The notes under the pieces were generated by a model. It was not told the origin of the DNA and did no database searches. It saw nothing but the letters and a program-made list of their open reading frames with translations. Made by a program: the position numbers and the translations under genes. Positions 1-10,013 of a stretch of DNA of 64,000 nucleotides are shown here, one piece after another; position 1 is the first letter of the stretch; every line of letters starts with the position of its first letter. This stretch comes from Alphaproteobacteria bacterium (GTDB lineage: Bacteria; Pseudomonadota; Alphaproteobacteria; SHVV01). The stretch lies in contig OZ253470.1 of NCBI GenBank assembly GCA_965261735.1, positions 4,352,001 to 4,416,000 on the forward strand, read 5' to 3'.

Positions 1-32
1 ACGCCGTCAGATGGGGGCGTTCACCCCATCGC

Positions 33-943
33 TTCAGGAGATGAGCGATGCTCTCTTGCAACACCTTGTTGGCGGGCAGCCGGATGGCGTAGGGCATTCC
101 TTCGGCTTCGAGGTAGTCGTAGATCTCCGGTGAGGCGAAGGCCGCATCGCCGCGGAAGTAGGGGCGGATGGCTCGTTCCTTGTAACGTTCGACCACCGGT
201 ACCAGGCATCACGCCATCCGTGGGCGCTGTGCACGTTGCCGGGGCGCAGCGCGCAACGCTCCAGGTCGCCGAACTGGTTGAAAACGAACAGCGGGTGATA
301 ACAGGTGCAGCCGAAGTGGCCGTTATAGGCCGTGCTCTCCTGCTCACCGAATGTCGGGCTGACGGAGCTGTCCATGTCGAGCACCACGCGCCTCGGCGGA
401 TCGTGGTCGTGAACCCGGTCGATCCACATCCCCGACAGGTCCGCAAGGGCCGCGAGGTTCTCGTTGTTCGCCAGCAGCTCGGTCTCGAACCGCCCCATCT
501 GGCTGGTCGATGCCCCGCCGCGCTCGACCGCCTTGCCGCCGACGATCCAGCGCATCGCGGGATCACGCCCGAGCCGGTCGGCGTCGTTGACATCCTCGTA
601 GCCGGCGAGACGCCCATAGACGGACTGGCGAAGGAGGCTGACGATGCCGTGCCAGCTGTTCCTGCCCGTGCGGCTATCCGCGAGCACGCCGCCCGCCAGT
701 GCGGTCAGCCCGAGTGCGTCGTCCAGTTCGCGATAAGCGAGCAACCCCGCATCGGAGGTCACCCGCGATCCGTGGAACTCCAGTTTCAGGCGGCGGTCGA
801 AAAGGGGCCGGAGTGGCCCATGATCCGATTCACCCTCCGGGTTCCGCATCCGGGCCGCCCTCCGACACCCTCAAGCCAGTGATTCTTATAGCAGAATCGT
901 GCCAATCCGGCATCAGGCGAAGCGGTCACTTGAGAAATGCGGC
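33..943 (-). mobile_element. IS1380-family element, 3'-truncated; transposase frameshifted near 200
   Basis: ORF 34..849 has FDRRLKLEFHGS, LDMDSS and YNGHFGCTCYHPL, colinear with the intact copy at 22511; frame breaks after HGWRD; left-end motif CCGCATTTC near 942. Confidence 0.9.
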
Positions 944-944
944 G

Positions 945-1083
945 TTAGTCACCGGTTCGCTTGAGCAGCTGGTGCCCGGGGATCACGTCCTGGCCCGTGT
1001 GGACCGTGTTCTCGATCTGGGCTGGCTGCACGAGGAAGTAGCGGACTGCTATTGTCCGGGCAACGGTCGCCCGGGTATCGGAC
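945..1083 (+). pseudogene. IS5/IS1182-like transposase N-terminal fragment
   Basis: SLEQLVPGDHVLARVDRVLDL...GRPGI matches the typical DUF772-type transposase N-terminus. Confidence 0.7.
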
Positions 1084-1087
1084 TAGT

Positions 1088-2398
1088 CTACCTTTGAGTG
1101 AGCTTGAACTCGATGCGACGGTTTCGGCGATAAGCTATTTCGTCGCCGCGATCATCGATCGGTTGGAATTCACCAAAGCCGGTCGCAGCTAATCGGGTGG
1201 GCGCGATACCTAGGCCCACCAGGAACTCAACAACCGATACCGCGCGGGCGGTTGACAACTCCCAATTCGATGAAAAATGCTCGGTAACGATGGGAACTCG
1301 GTCAGTGTGGCCATCAACGCGCAGTATCCAATCGACATCTGCAGGAATAAGCGCCGCTAACTGCTTGATCACGAGGGCGAGTTGGGCGAGTTTTCGCGTT
1401 CCGGATTGGCCGATCCGCGCCGAGCCCGACGCAAATAGTATTTCGGACTGGAGCACGAAACGATCGCCTACCACGCGTACATCGCTTTGGTCACCGAGCA
1501 CGTCCTGAAGACGACCGAAGAACTCTGACCGATACTTTTCGAGTTCCCGCACCCTTCCGGCAAGTGCTGCGTTCAACCGCCGGCCAAGCTCATCGTTATT
1601 TTCTTTCTGGGCAGCCTCGCGAATCCGCGCCTGTGCAAGCGCGGCCTTGAATTCCTTAAGGTCGGCGCGGAGCGCCGCAACTTGATTGCTGAGGGTCACA
1701 ATCTCGGCTTGCCGCCGACCGATCTCGCTGGTGCCCAGGTCAATCGCAGCGTGTGCGGATTTTAGATCGGCATTGAGGGCGGAGCGTTCTCGACGGAGCG
1801 CGGACACGGTCTCGGTTAGGGTGTTGCCCTGCCGAGCGAGAGCGTCGCGGACAGCGCGTTCGCTCTCCATCTCAACCGTCAACGCCGCGAGTTGAAGCTG
1901 AAGGTCGTTCAATTGTTGTTTGGTCCGTTGCTCGGCGGATTTGAATTCGTTCTCAAGCGTCGTTCGAGCGCTGGTCATTTTATTGAGCTGTTGCTTGAGC
2001 GCACTGGCCTTGACCACGAGTGCCCCACTGACTCCCCGCTCACTTTTTAGTTCTTCAGTTACTGCAGCGAGTTGCTGCTGCATTTCACGTGTGGCGGCAA
2101 GGGAGGATTTTTCTAGTGCGCGGTGCGCATCGCTGATTTCGCCAAGTTGCCATTGGAGCATAGCGTTCTTTGCTCGTAGCGCTTCGTTTTGCGCTTCGAT
2201 CTCGGTAAGGCGGACGATGGCCCGCTGGACTTGGCTCATTAAATATTCCAGCTCCCCCCGCCTCGCGGTTGTGTTTTCGACAACGGCTCTAGCGCGTTCG
2301 ATTGGTTCTGAAGCCGTGGGTTCCCCGGCCGTGGGAGAGCCGATGGTGGCCAATAGAACTATGGCAAAGAATTTGAATGCATGCCGGGTTTGCATCAT
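1088..2398 (-). CDS. Coiled-coil OmpA/MotB-family peptidoglycan-binding protein
   Basis: Signal-like N-terminus from Met 2398, long coiled coil, C-terminal LRVDGHTD...NWELSTARA...NRRIE OmpA motif. Confidence 0.85.
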   Translation of the reverse strand: MMQTRHAFKFFAIVLLATIGSPTAGEPTASEPIERARAVVENTTARRGELEYLMSQVQRAIVRLTEIEAQNEALRAKNAMLQWQLGEISDAHRALEKSSLAATREMQQQLAAVTEELKSERGVSGALVVKASALKQQLNKMTSARTTLENEFKSAEQRTKQQLNDLQLQLAALTVEMESERAVRDALARQGNTLTETVSALRRERSALNADLKSAHAAIDLGTSEIGRRQAEIVTLSNQVAALRADLKEFKAALAQARIREAAQKENNDELGRRLNAALAGRVRELEKYRSEFFGRLQDVLGDQSDVRVVGDRFVLQSEILFASGSARIGQSGTRKLAQLALVIKQLAALIPADVDWILRVDGHTDRVPIVTEHFSSNWELSTARAVSVVEFLVGLGIAPTRLAATGFGEFQPIDDRGDEIAYRRNRRIEFKLTQR

Positions 2399-2522
2399 CT
2401 GGAATCCACCCCATTCTCTCCGGTTCCTCGAGGGGTCTTGAGATCCTCCCGCTCCTAATTTTCTTGGCTGGGATTTCCCATATAGAACCCTCCAGACCCT
2501 AAACATGTCCCAATTACCTTTG

Positions 2523-2615
2523 CACCGTATTCGCAGCCGTGCCGGGATCAGGGACGTGCAACTCCACGACCTGAGGCACACTTGTGCATCTCTACCTTAT
2601 AGCTTGGTTGCTTGA
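2523..2615 (+). pseudogene. Tyrosine integrase remnant
   Basis: Manual translation HRIRSRAGIRDVQLHDLRHTCAS resembles RRIRARAGLDGVRIHDLRHSFAS of the integrase at 32295. Confidence 0.7.
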
Positions 2616-2788
2616 GTGACTGTATCTTACTGTATATATTATATTTATTTCTCCTTTCCGCAGCCTCCCAAAATCGCGGAAGTCCAATCCGTGTACAAGC
2701 GGTCAGCGGATTGGACTCAATGCAGGGGGTGACATGTCCACCCTGGGCTATCATTTTCGGGAATTCGCGACATCGGCGGATCGGCGGG

Positions 2789-4720
2789 GCCGGGTAGGAG
2801 GGGTCGTTGCCGAGCCCCTCCCCCCACAGACCCGAGCGTGCGCGATTGACGCACTCGGTTCCTCACCTGACAGGTTCGCTCAGGGTGCTTTGCCATGAGC
2901 GCGTGATCGTTGCTGGCGGCAGGGGATATTTCTTGAGGAGGTCTGCCATCCGGTCCCAGTTCAAACGCCTGAGGCGGCTGCGGCGTGCGAGCCACTTTCG
3001 CCAGATGCGGACGACCTGGTAGCGGAACCAACCGAGACGTTTGCCGTTCCCCGTCCGACCGTAATATGCGCAGTGGCCCCGGATCACCTTGGCGAGGTGC
3101 TCCCGCTGTGCCTCGATCGGCAGGTGCCGGTATCTCTTGCACCAGTCGTGCACCGATTTGAGCGCGCGGGCGAAGCGGCCTTTCGCCGTTATTTGACGAA
3201 CGACGTCCTTGCCTTTCATCGACCGCCCCCATACGTGGGTGAAGCCGAGGAAGTCGAACGTCGTGGCCGATGCCATCCAGTGGCGCCCGTAAGGGCGCCT
3301 CCGGCGGAAGTCCACATAGCGCGTCTTGGTCTCATGGAGCGTGAGCCCGTATCGACCGAGACGTTTGCCCAGCACGTCAAGCATTCGCTTGCCGCTGTGG
3401 CGGTCTTCGAAGGCAATGACAAAATCATCGGCGAATCTCACCAGCTGGCACCGTCCGTGGAGGCGCGGCTTCGCCACGTTCTCGAACCACTCGTCCAGCA
3501 CATGGTGCAGGTAGACGTTCGAGAGCATCGGCGAGATCACCCCGCCCTGAGGGGTGCCAGCCACCGGCCTATGCAAGGTGTCCTCTTCGAGCACCCCCGC
3601 TTTCAGCCATTTGTCGATCATGCGCCTTGCGACGCCGTCCTTGATCCGCAGGTCGAGGAATGACCGGAGGTGGGAGTGTGTAATCGAGTCGAAGTACTTC
3701 GAGATATCGGCATCGATCACCCACCGCTGGCGCTGCTCGATGATGCCCGTACGCAATGCGCTGAGGGCATCGTGGGCTGACCGTCCGCGCCGGAAGCCGT
3801 ACGAGCACGGCAGAAAGTCCGTCTCGTAAATCGGCTCCAGCAGCATCAGGATCGCCCGCTGCGCCACCTTGTCTTCAAACGTCGGAATGCCGAGAGGGCG
3901 TTTCGTGCCGTCCGCCTTCGGGATGTAGTGCCGTCGCACCGGCGGCGCGCGGTAGTTGCCCGACTTGATCCGGTTCAGGAGGCTTTCGAGATTGGCCTCA
4001 AGGTCCTTTTCGTAGTCGGCAGCCGTCACGCCGTCGATGCCCGTCGCCCCATCCTTGCGCGTCCGTCGGTACGCCTCCGACATCCAGCCGATGTCGATCA
4101 GGTGGTGCAGTGACGTGAACACCCGGTCCGGATGCTCCCTCGCCTGTTCGGCTATCCACTGCTGTTTCGTGTACGTGTTGGTGGAACTCAGCGTTTCCTC
4201 CAGCGTTTCCCATCAGTGGGTCTGTGCAAGTGACGCCCCGCTTCCCTCCGGCGGGTCCCGATGGCCACGGTTCCCCGCCTTCAGCGGTACTATCAGAGCG
4301 CTACGACTTCCTGCTCCCGCATGTCCTTCGGCTTATTGATTTCGCCAGCCGGCTCCGCAGGCGTCTGCCGGGATTCGTGTTCGCCGGAGCGCTCCCGCCG
4401 CCATGCAGACCTGACGACGGGCCGGGGTCTGGATTGTTCACGCTGGCCGTCCCCCTTCCAGCGATCTTGCCCACGGGCAAGAGCAGGATCTCCCAGGTTC
4501 CCTGGCGGTCCATCCCGTGACTTTGCGCCGGTCCACGACCCCGGACGACCCGTTGCGCCTCGCCAATAGCGGCGCTTCCGGTGCTGCCCCCACAAGATTA
4601 ACAATGAAGGCGTCATCATTTGACGATTTCGAGGCTGCGCGACGCTTCGTCACCTGCTGTCTACGCTTCACGACGGGCGTTGCCGCACGCCATGCAAGAC
4701 TCGCTTCCGGCTGGCGGGGG
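2789..4720 (-). mobile_element. Group II intron, 5' end apparently deleted
   Basis: After the RT stop, domain V GAGGAACCGAGTGCGTCAATCGCGCACGCTCGGGTCTGT and domain VI ending CCTACCCGGC; ~500 nt structured leader breaks into helicase sequence at ~4720 with no 5' splice consensus at the junction. Confidence 0.85.
2863..4203 (-). CDS. ltrA: Group II intron reverse transcriptase/maturase, no endonuclease domain
   Basis: RPLGIPTFED, GTPQGGVISP, RFADD, FDFLGF and X domain; frame stays open upstream of 4122 to a CTG at 4203 (LEETLSSTNTYTKQQWIAEQARE). Confidence 0.9.
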   Translation of the reverse strand: MEETLSSTNTYTKQQWIAEQAREHPDRVFTSLHHLIDIGWMSEAYRRTRKDGATGIDGVTAADYEKDLEANLESLLNRIKSGNYRAPPVRRHYIPKADGTKRPLGIPTFEDKVAQRAILMLLEPIYETDFLPCSYGFRRGRSAHDALSALRTGIIEQRQRWVIDADISKYFDSITHSHLRSFLDLRIKDGVARRMIDKWLKAGVLEEDTLHRPVAGTPQGGVISPMLSNVYLHHVLDEWFENVAKPRLHGRCQLVRFADDFVIAFEDRHSGKRMLDVLGKRLGRYGLTLHETKTRYVDFRRRRPYGRHWMASATTFDFLGFTHVWGRSMKGKDVVRQITAKGRFARALKSVHDWCKRYRHLPIEAQREHLAKVIRGHCAYYGRTGNGKRLGWFRYQVVRIWRKWLARRSRLRRLNWDRMADLLKKYPLPPATITRSWQSTLSEPVR

Positions 4721-5838
4721 AACCCGGGGCGGTGCCGACTACTGCGTGATCGTACTTGTCGGATCGAAGCTCGTGGGCTGGATCGGGCGGAAGAAGAACC
4801 TCGATTTCCTGACCGCCAGCACACGCGTCCAGCTGAAGATGGGCCAGGAGGTGAGCGAGGCGGTCACGACGCCGAAGGAGGTGTGGGGGACGATCCTAAA
4901 ATGCCTCAAGCGCGATCCGGACTGGGTCGCTTACCACGCGTCGGAGTTGGCCGATGCGGCTCACGCCGCCCCAGTGAATGAACTGCCGCTTAAGGTGGCC
5001 GCAGTCGAGCGCAAGGCGTTCGGGTTCCAGCGGCTCGGCCAATACGAGAAGGCACTTGCAGCGCTGGAGACGCTGATCGGCGACAAGGCACTGGCCGGCG
5101 ATGCACAGCGCCGGGCCTGGCTGGCCGCATCGGCGGCGCGGATCGCCTATCAGATGGAGGACGAGGCGAAGGGGCAGAATCTTCAAACGACGGCGCACGC
5201 GCCCGACCTACGCAGCACGGCCCGCTCCAGGGAAGCAGGCGAGCGCGATTGTTAGGCGTCTGCGGGAGTATGACCGGCGGGCGGCACTCCTCGCCGACTA
5301 CGACGAAACGATGAGCAACCTCGTACCAGAGGCTTCGGCTTCGCGATACGAGGAAGCTTTAGCCAACCTCGGCGCCTATCTCGGGTTCGAAGCTGAGCGC
5401 CCGGAGAAGGCTCACGGGGTCGGGCCTGACGTGCTGTGGCGGACGGACGCAGCGTTCGACTTCGTGATCGAGGCCAAGAGCGAAAAGGACGAGGATAACC
5501 CGCTCTACAAGAAGGATCATGCCCAGCTGCTTGAGGCCGAGCACTGGTTCAAGCAGGCCTATCCAATGCGCGAAGCAGTGCGTGTCTCAGCGTTGCCGGA
5601 GGCGGTGGCCGATGAGAAGGCTACGCCGGTCGGCAGCTTCGCCTTTCGGCTGAACGAAGTCACTAAGGTAGTTAGCGCACTCCGCGACGTCTTAGTCGAA
5701 CTAGTCGGCGCGAGCGGAGGATCAGAGGCGTTGCGCGAGCAGTGTGAGGCCGGCCTCATCAAGGCTAGGCTGAAACCGGCTACGATCCGGAATACATTCA
5801 TGAAACCATTTGGAAAGGCTAAGTCGAAGGTTAAGTAA
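4720..5838 (+). pseudogene. C-terminal part of an SF2 helicase/PD-(D/E)XK nuclease fusion (Hna-like); 5'-truncated and frameshifted ~5200
   Basis: Begins at the end of helicase motif VI (GTRGGADYCVIVL); second frame carries GPDVLW...FVIEAKSE nuclease motif. Confidence 0.6.
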
Positions 5839-6197
5839 TATCTTCGCGCCTAGGCGAAGCACGATCCCATCATCACCTGAATTGTCGCTCTTTACGCGTA
5901 AACGAGAAGTGTGTGTAAGATGTTTCTGTCTAGAATAGATCCAGATTGTTCAACTCTGGCACTGCCGCGGCGCGGATCACGGGAAGCATCGGCGGACACT
6001 CGATGAAAGAAGCAAACGCCGATCCCCGCTCCAGACCGTCGAAATAACCCGATCAGCCGCTCACGAGATAATCTGCGATACAATATCCGATTCGACCCGC
6101 TGTTCATACCAGCGAACCAGTCCATGTAGTGCCACGATGCCGAGAATAGGCTGTATCTTTTAGTTAATCAACTCTTTGTAGGTCGACCGTTCGGTAT

Positions 6198-6339
6198 ATG
6201 GAAAATCTGATCAAGCTGCACAAGGGCCAACTCGCCTCCGACCGGACCTCCTGCCAGAGCCCGCTCGCCAACCAGTTCAGGCTCGTTTTGCACACCGCGG
6301 CCTACTGACTGATGCTCGCCCTGCGCGATGCCGTACCCC
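6198..6339 (+). pseudogene. IS1380-family transposase C-terminal remnant (different subtype)
   Basis: MENLIKLHKGQLASDRTSCQSPLANQFRLVLHTAAY*LMLALR. Confidence 0.75.
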
Positions 6340-6569
6340 GCAGGATTCTGCTCGGCTCTCTCCCGGATACAATCAAGGACGAATGGATCGAAGACATCGA
6401 AACGCTTGGCGAAAAGATGGACGAGTACATAAATGCCCGGCGTGAAGCTACGGGCTTTGAACTCCGCTACAAGGCGACTGCAGAGCCGTCAGATAAAGAC
6501 TGGCGCGAATGTACAGAAGTTCTTTCAAGAAGAGATTTTGCTCAGCTGATGAGAACTGGCTGGAGTTAA
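6340..6569 (+). pseudogene. 3' tail of a PLD/SNF2-type helicase gene
   Basis: LLGSLPDTIKDEWIED...FELRY...DWRECTEVLSR...MRTGW resembles, from memory, C-termini of PLD-SNF2 proteins of DUF499/DUF1156/DUF3780 loci. Confidence 0.5.
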
Positions 6570-6728
6570 GCCAAGCAGCAGCTGTCCACTTAGAGCATAA
6601 CCGAAAATTGAACTGAGCCGCGTTCTGCGGCGGGGTGGCGTGACCTCCTTCACGAACAGCTGGGTCTCGCCGCGCGCGCGTTCGATCAAGAGCGGCACAA
6701 ACGGCTTCCCACCTCGCGAAGCACCTTC

Positions 6729-7127
6729 TTGCGCCGCTCGCGCGCACCCATTGAGGCCGCCAACGAGGATCCGGCCGGCTGGAAATCGACCGGCCATGTC
6801 AGCGACTCGCATATCGACGCAGTCTGCGAGGGCGCCGACGCAGACCCGTGGGGGGACGGCACGTTGCCGGTCCCGGACCGCTTCACCGAGCGCGAGGAAC
6901 CGCCGGTCGTGACCCTCGCCGGTCCCGTTCCGCCCGGTGCCGTCGAGGTCTCCGGCGGCCGGGTCCTGGTCCGCATCTCGACCGAAGCCGGCACGGTCAC
7001 AAGCGAAGTCTGCGACCCGCCGCATCCGCCCGCGAACAAGCCGCTGGTGACGGTTTCCATCGGACCCGACGGGAAACCCCGTGTCGGGGTTACCGGCGGC
7101 AAGGCCAGGATTCGAATCGTCGGCTGA
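6729..7127 (+). CDS. Hypothetical protein (start uncertain)
   Basis: GC3-rich frame, co-oriented with the downstream small-gene cluster. Confidence 0.4.
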   Translation: MRRSRAPIEAANEDPAGWKSTGHVSDSHIDAVCEGADADPWGDGTLPVPDRFTEREEPPVVTLAGPVPPGAVEVSGGRVLVRISTEAGTVTSEVCDPPHPPANKPLVTVSIGPDGKPRVGVTGGKARIRIVG

Positions 7128-7282
7128 GCCCGACGCCGGCCCGTCGCCACCGGCAATCCATCCATCCCGAACCCGTCGCCGCTCCGCGCGGAGCGGTGGC
7201 CCGCCGTCGTCAGGGCGAAGGGGCGGGGGCCCGGAGAGACCCGTTCCTCCGCGCCTCCGCATCCAGCCACGGGAGACCCCCC

Positions 7283-7519
7283 ATGAAACTCGATCCAACT
7301 CCCATCCCTGCTGCCGCCCCGGTTGCAGCCACACCGGCCGCAGTCACACCGCCCGGACCCACCGACGAGGCGCACAGGCGCGCCATCGCCGATGCCGTCT
7401 GGACCGACCTGCTCTGGCTCATGCCGCCCGACCGCACCGTCACGATCACGGTCGACGGCGGCAAGGTCGCGGTCGAGCTCGGCCCCGCCGCCGCGGCGCG
7501 TTGCGCCATTTCCCACTGA
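7283..7519 (+). CDS. Hypothetical protein
   Basis: GGGAG RBS before ATG 7283; 78 aa; close spacing to next gene. Confidence 0.55.
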   Translation: MKLDPTPIPAAAPVAATPAAVTPPGPTDEAHRRAIADAVWTDLLWLMPPDRTVTITVDGGKVAVELGPAAAARCAISH

Positions 7520-7532
7520 CCGGAGGCGGCCG

Positions 7533-7928
7533 ATGAAACTCTTCACCAAGGCGCAGCGCGAGAAGCTGCTCGCCAACGGCACACGCCGCGGGGCCGATCA
7601 CAAGCCCGTCGTGAGGTTGTTCAACCCCACGGGAGCGGGCACCTGGCTGCTGACCGAACTCGATCCGGACCACCCCGATTACTACGGATTCGGGCTCGCC
7701 GATCTGGGCATGGGGTGCCCCGAACTGGGCGATATAGGCATCCGCGAGATCTCGGAATTTCGCGGACTCATGGGCCTCGGCATCGAGCGCGACATGTATT
7801 TCCGTCCAAAATACGCAATCTCGATCTACACCGAAGCCGCGCGGGCCGCTGGGCGCATCGTCGAGTTCGGACCCGAGCTCGACGCCGCCGCCGAGCGAAG
7901 CCGGGCCGAGAGCACCGCCGGCGCCTGA
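7533..7928 (+). CDS. DUF2958-family protein
   Basis: GGAGG RBS; LLANG, PVVRLFNPTGAGTWLLTELDP, FGLADLGMGCPELG, GIERD motifs. Confidence 0.85.
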   Translation: MKLFTKAQREKLLANGTRRGADHKPVVRLFNPTGAGTWLLTELDPDHPDYYGFGLADLGMGCPELGDIGIREISEFRGLMGLGIERDMYFRPKYAISIYTEAARAAGRIVEFGPELDAAAERSRAESTAGA

Positions 7929-7950
7929 TCGCGTTCCACACACCGCATTT

Positions 7951-7990
7951 CGCCCCGTCCCGGCATCCCCGGGGCGGGGCGTTTTCGTTT
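7951..7990 (+). terminator. GC-rich hairpin followed by T-rich tail
   Basis: CGCCCCGTCCCGG-CATC-CCCGGGGCGGGGCG-TTTTCGTTT. Confidence 0.6.
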
Positions 7991-8014
7991 CCGACCCGAC
8001 CAGGGAGACCTCGA

Positions 8015-8788
8015 ATGACACCTCTCGACGCCCCCGAAGCGGGCTTCCGCGACATGGCCCTGCTCGACATGCCCGCACCGCCGGCCCCGGATCGGAGTCC
8101 GGGGCAGGCCCCGGTCCGGGAAGCCACCAGCCGCCGCCGGCTCCAGGGCCGCTTCCTGCGCGCCGGACGCGAGGCCGTCGACGACCGCGAACTGCTGGAG
8201 CTCCTGCTGTCGGGGCGCGATGCCGGCGGCAACGCCGCTGCCATCGCCGCGAGCCTGCTCGACATCTTCGGCACGGCGCCGCGCGTCCTCGCCGCCCGGC
8301 CGGACAGGCTGCGGACCGTGCCCGGCCTGTCGGACGACGCCATTGCCGCCATCAAGACCGCCGAGGCGCTGGGCATCCGCATGGCCCGGGCGGACGTTCC
8401 GGAAACCGTCCGCCCGTCCTTCGGCAACTATTCGAAGGTGATCGACTATTGCCGCACGCTCGCCGGACACCGCGAGGTCGAAGAGTTTCATGTCTTGTAT
8501 CTCGACCGGAAGAACCGGCTCATCGCGGACCGGCTGCATCAACGCGGCACCGTCAGCCACACGCCGGCCTATCCCCGGGAGCTCTGCATCCACTGTCTGG
8601 AGCTTCAGGCCAGCGCGATCATCGCCGTCCACGATCACCCCACGGGAGACCCGGAGCCGTCCCGGGCGGACATCGACATGACGGGCCGCATCCGCGACGC
8701 GCTGAAGACGATCGAGGTCACGCTGCTCGACCATGTCATCGTCACCCCGACCGGCTCGCTGAGCTTCCGCGAGCGCGGCCTGCTCTGA
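8015..8788 (+). CDS. radC: RadC-like JAB/MPN domain protein
   Basis: ELLELLL, HhH region, EEFHVLYLDRKN, HDHPTGDPEPSRAD, LLDHVIV. Confidence 0.9.
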   Translation: MTPLDAPEAGFRDMALLDMPAPPAPDRSPGQAPVREATSRRRLQGRFLRAGREAVDDRELLELLLSGRDAGGNAAAIAASLLDIFGTAPRVLAARPDRLRTVPGLSDDAIAAIKTAEALGIRMARADVPETVRPSFGNYSKVIDYCRTLAGHREVEEFHVLYLDRKNRLIADRLHQRGTVSHTPAYPRELCIHCLELQASAIIAVHDHPTGDPEPSRADIDMTGRIRDALKTIEVTLLDHVIVTPTGSLSFRERGLL

Positions 8789-8804
8789 CTGCCGGCGGCG
8801 CGCA

Positions 8805-9071
8805 TCAGTCTTTCTCGCCGTCCTTACCGCCGCTCCGCCGCGACCCCCCATGCGGATCGGGCGTGCTGTGGCCGGGCGCCGGCTCCCTCGAAAAACAGCG
8901 CATGCCGCAGAGCTCCAGATGCGCCACCACGGCCGCCGCCACCGGCCTCAGGCGGTCGTGGTCGCCGGGCACGCGTTTCTTCGGCCAGAACCGGCTCGCC
9001 TTGCGGAGCGCCATCTCGACCGTGAACAGCAGGTCGTCCCTGGAGACCGGGCGGTCGTAGCTCTCGTCCAT
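8805..9071 (-). CDS. Hypothetical protein
   Basis: 88-aa ATG ORF with coding-like composition, convergent on radC. Confidence 0.5.
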   Translation of the reverse strand: MDESYDRPVSRDDLLFTVEMALRKASRFWPKKRVPGDHDRLRPVAAAVVAHLELCGMRCFSREPAPGHSTPDPHGGSRRSGGKDGEKD

Positions 9072-9170
9072 GGCGTGCAGCCTGGCACAGGAACATTACA
9101 AGAACAATATCCGGCGGCAGCCATTTCGCTGCGGATTTCGGCGCACCCGGCCCCGATGCTCCCGACATCC

Positions 9171-10013
9171 GGCCGTCCGAATCGGCATTGCGGCATCGCT
9201 GGAATAGGGATCAGCACCCACATCCCGCTCACTCGACTACGGCAAGACAGCACGGATTATTTCCTGTTCCCTTCATTTGCTTCCCTGATATCGACTGCCC
9301 TTCCCCCTGTTTTGCAGAAAAGACCCCCTGTTCCGCAGAAAAGGCCCCCCTGTTCTGCAGAAAAACAGGAAAGTTCAGAAGTCATTGATAAAAAAAGATA
9401 ATTTCTTCATTTTGGTCGGCAGTTCGCTACAACCTCCCTGTTTTGAGGCCGTAATCGCAAAAATTCCCTGTTGCCACCAAACTCACCCTTGCATCGCGCT
9501 CGCGGAGACCGCACGCCGGGAACCCCGGCAATGGCCGGAAATGCTCCCGCGTTCGGGAGCTCCGAATTGAGATTGACCGCGAAACATGCCCTGTTTTCCG
9601 TGGCTTGGCCGCGACATGCGATGAAGAGACAGCTGCGCCGGGGTGGCTGGCTGTGGGCGCAGTCTGCTGCGAACCTGTCTCTTCGGATTTCCCTGTTAAA
9701 CAGGGAAAATACAGGGAATTTTCACGAAAATGGGAGAATTCGGGCCGATGACCGGTGGTAACCCACTGGAAACAGGCGGTTTTTCCGCTGAATTCCCTAC
9801 AAAACGTAACAGGGAAATTTAAAACCCGAACAGGGACATTAATGCGAGGAACAGGGTATTTGAAACTGCGAACAGTAAGCGATGGAGTGGCCCCCCCGAC
9901 GGCATCGCGATGTGCCATGTTGGCGGTGTTGTCAACGCCAAGATGAGGAAGGGGCGACCATGGAACAAGTTATCATCATCGGGATCGATCTGGCGAAGAA
10001 CAGCTTTCAGCTG
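9171..10013 (+). repeat. Long direct repeat, copy A (partner 49066..49889): last codons of serine recombinase, phased-repeat site and IS110 left end
   Basis: Nearly base-for-base match from GGCCGTCCGAATCGGC to CTTTCAGCTG; copy A has one extra ~22-bp unit. Confidence 0.95.

Noticed and set aside
1088-2398. Zorya ZorB or flagellar MotB
   Set aside because: No MotA/ZorA partner or zorC/D/E nearby; the long coiled coil fits the generic alphaproteobacterial OmpA-like family
2863-4203. Retron, DGR or defence RT
   Set aside because: Followed directly by group II intron domains V and VI and has a maturase X domain
6595-6640. Third attC site starting GCATAAC
   Set aside because: No matching GTT R' box or full hairpin downstream
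9260-9370. Short periodic repeats as a CRISPR array
   Set aside because: Units are ~21 bp in total with only a 5-7-bp constant core; no unique 30-40-bp spacers and no cas genes
9648-9681. Functional tRNA gene
   Set aside because: Only T-loop-like and CCA-like parts; no D arm or anticodon arm
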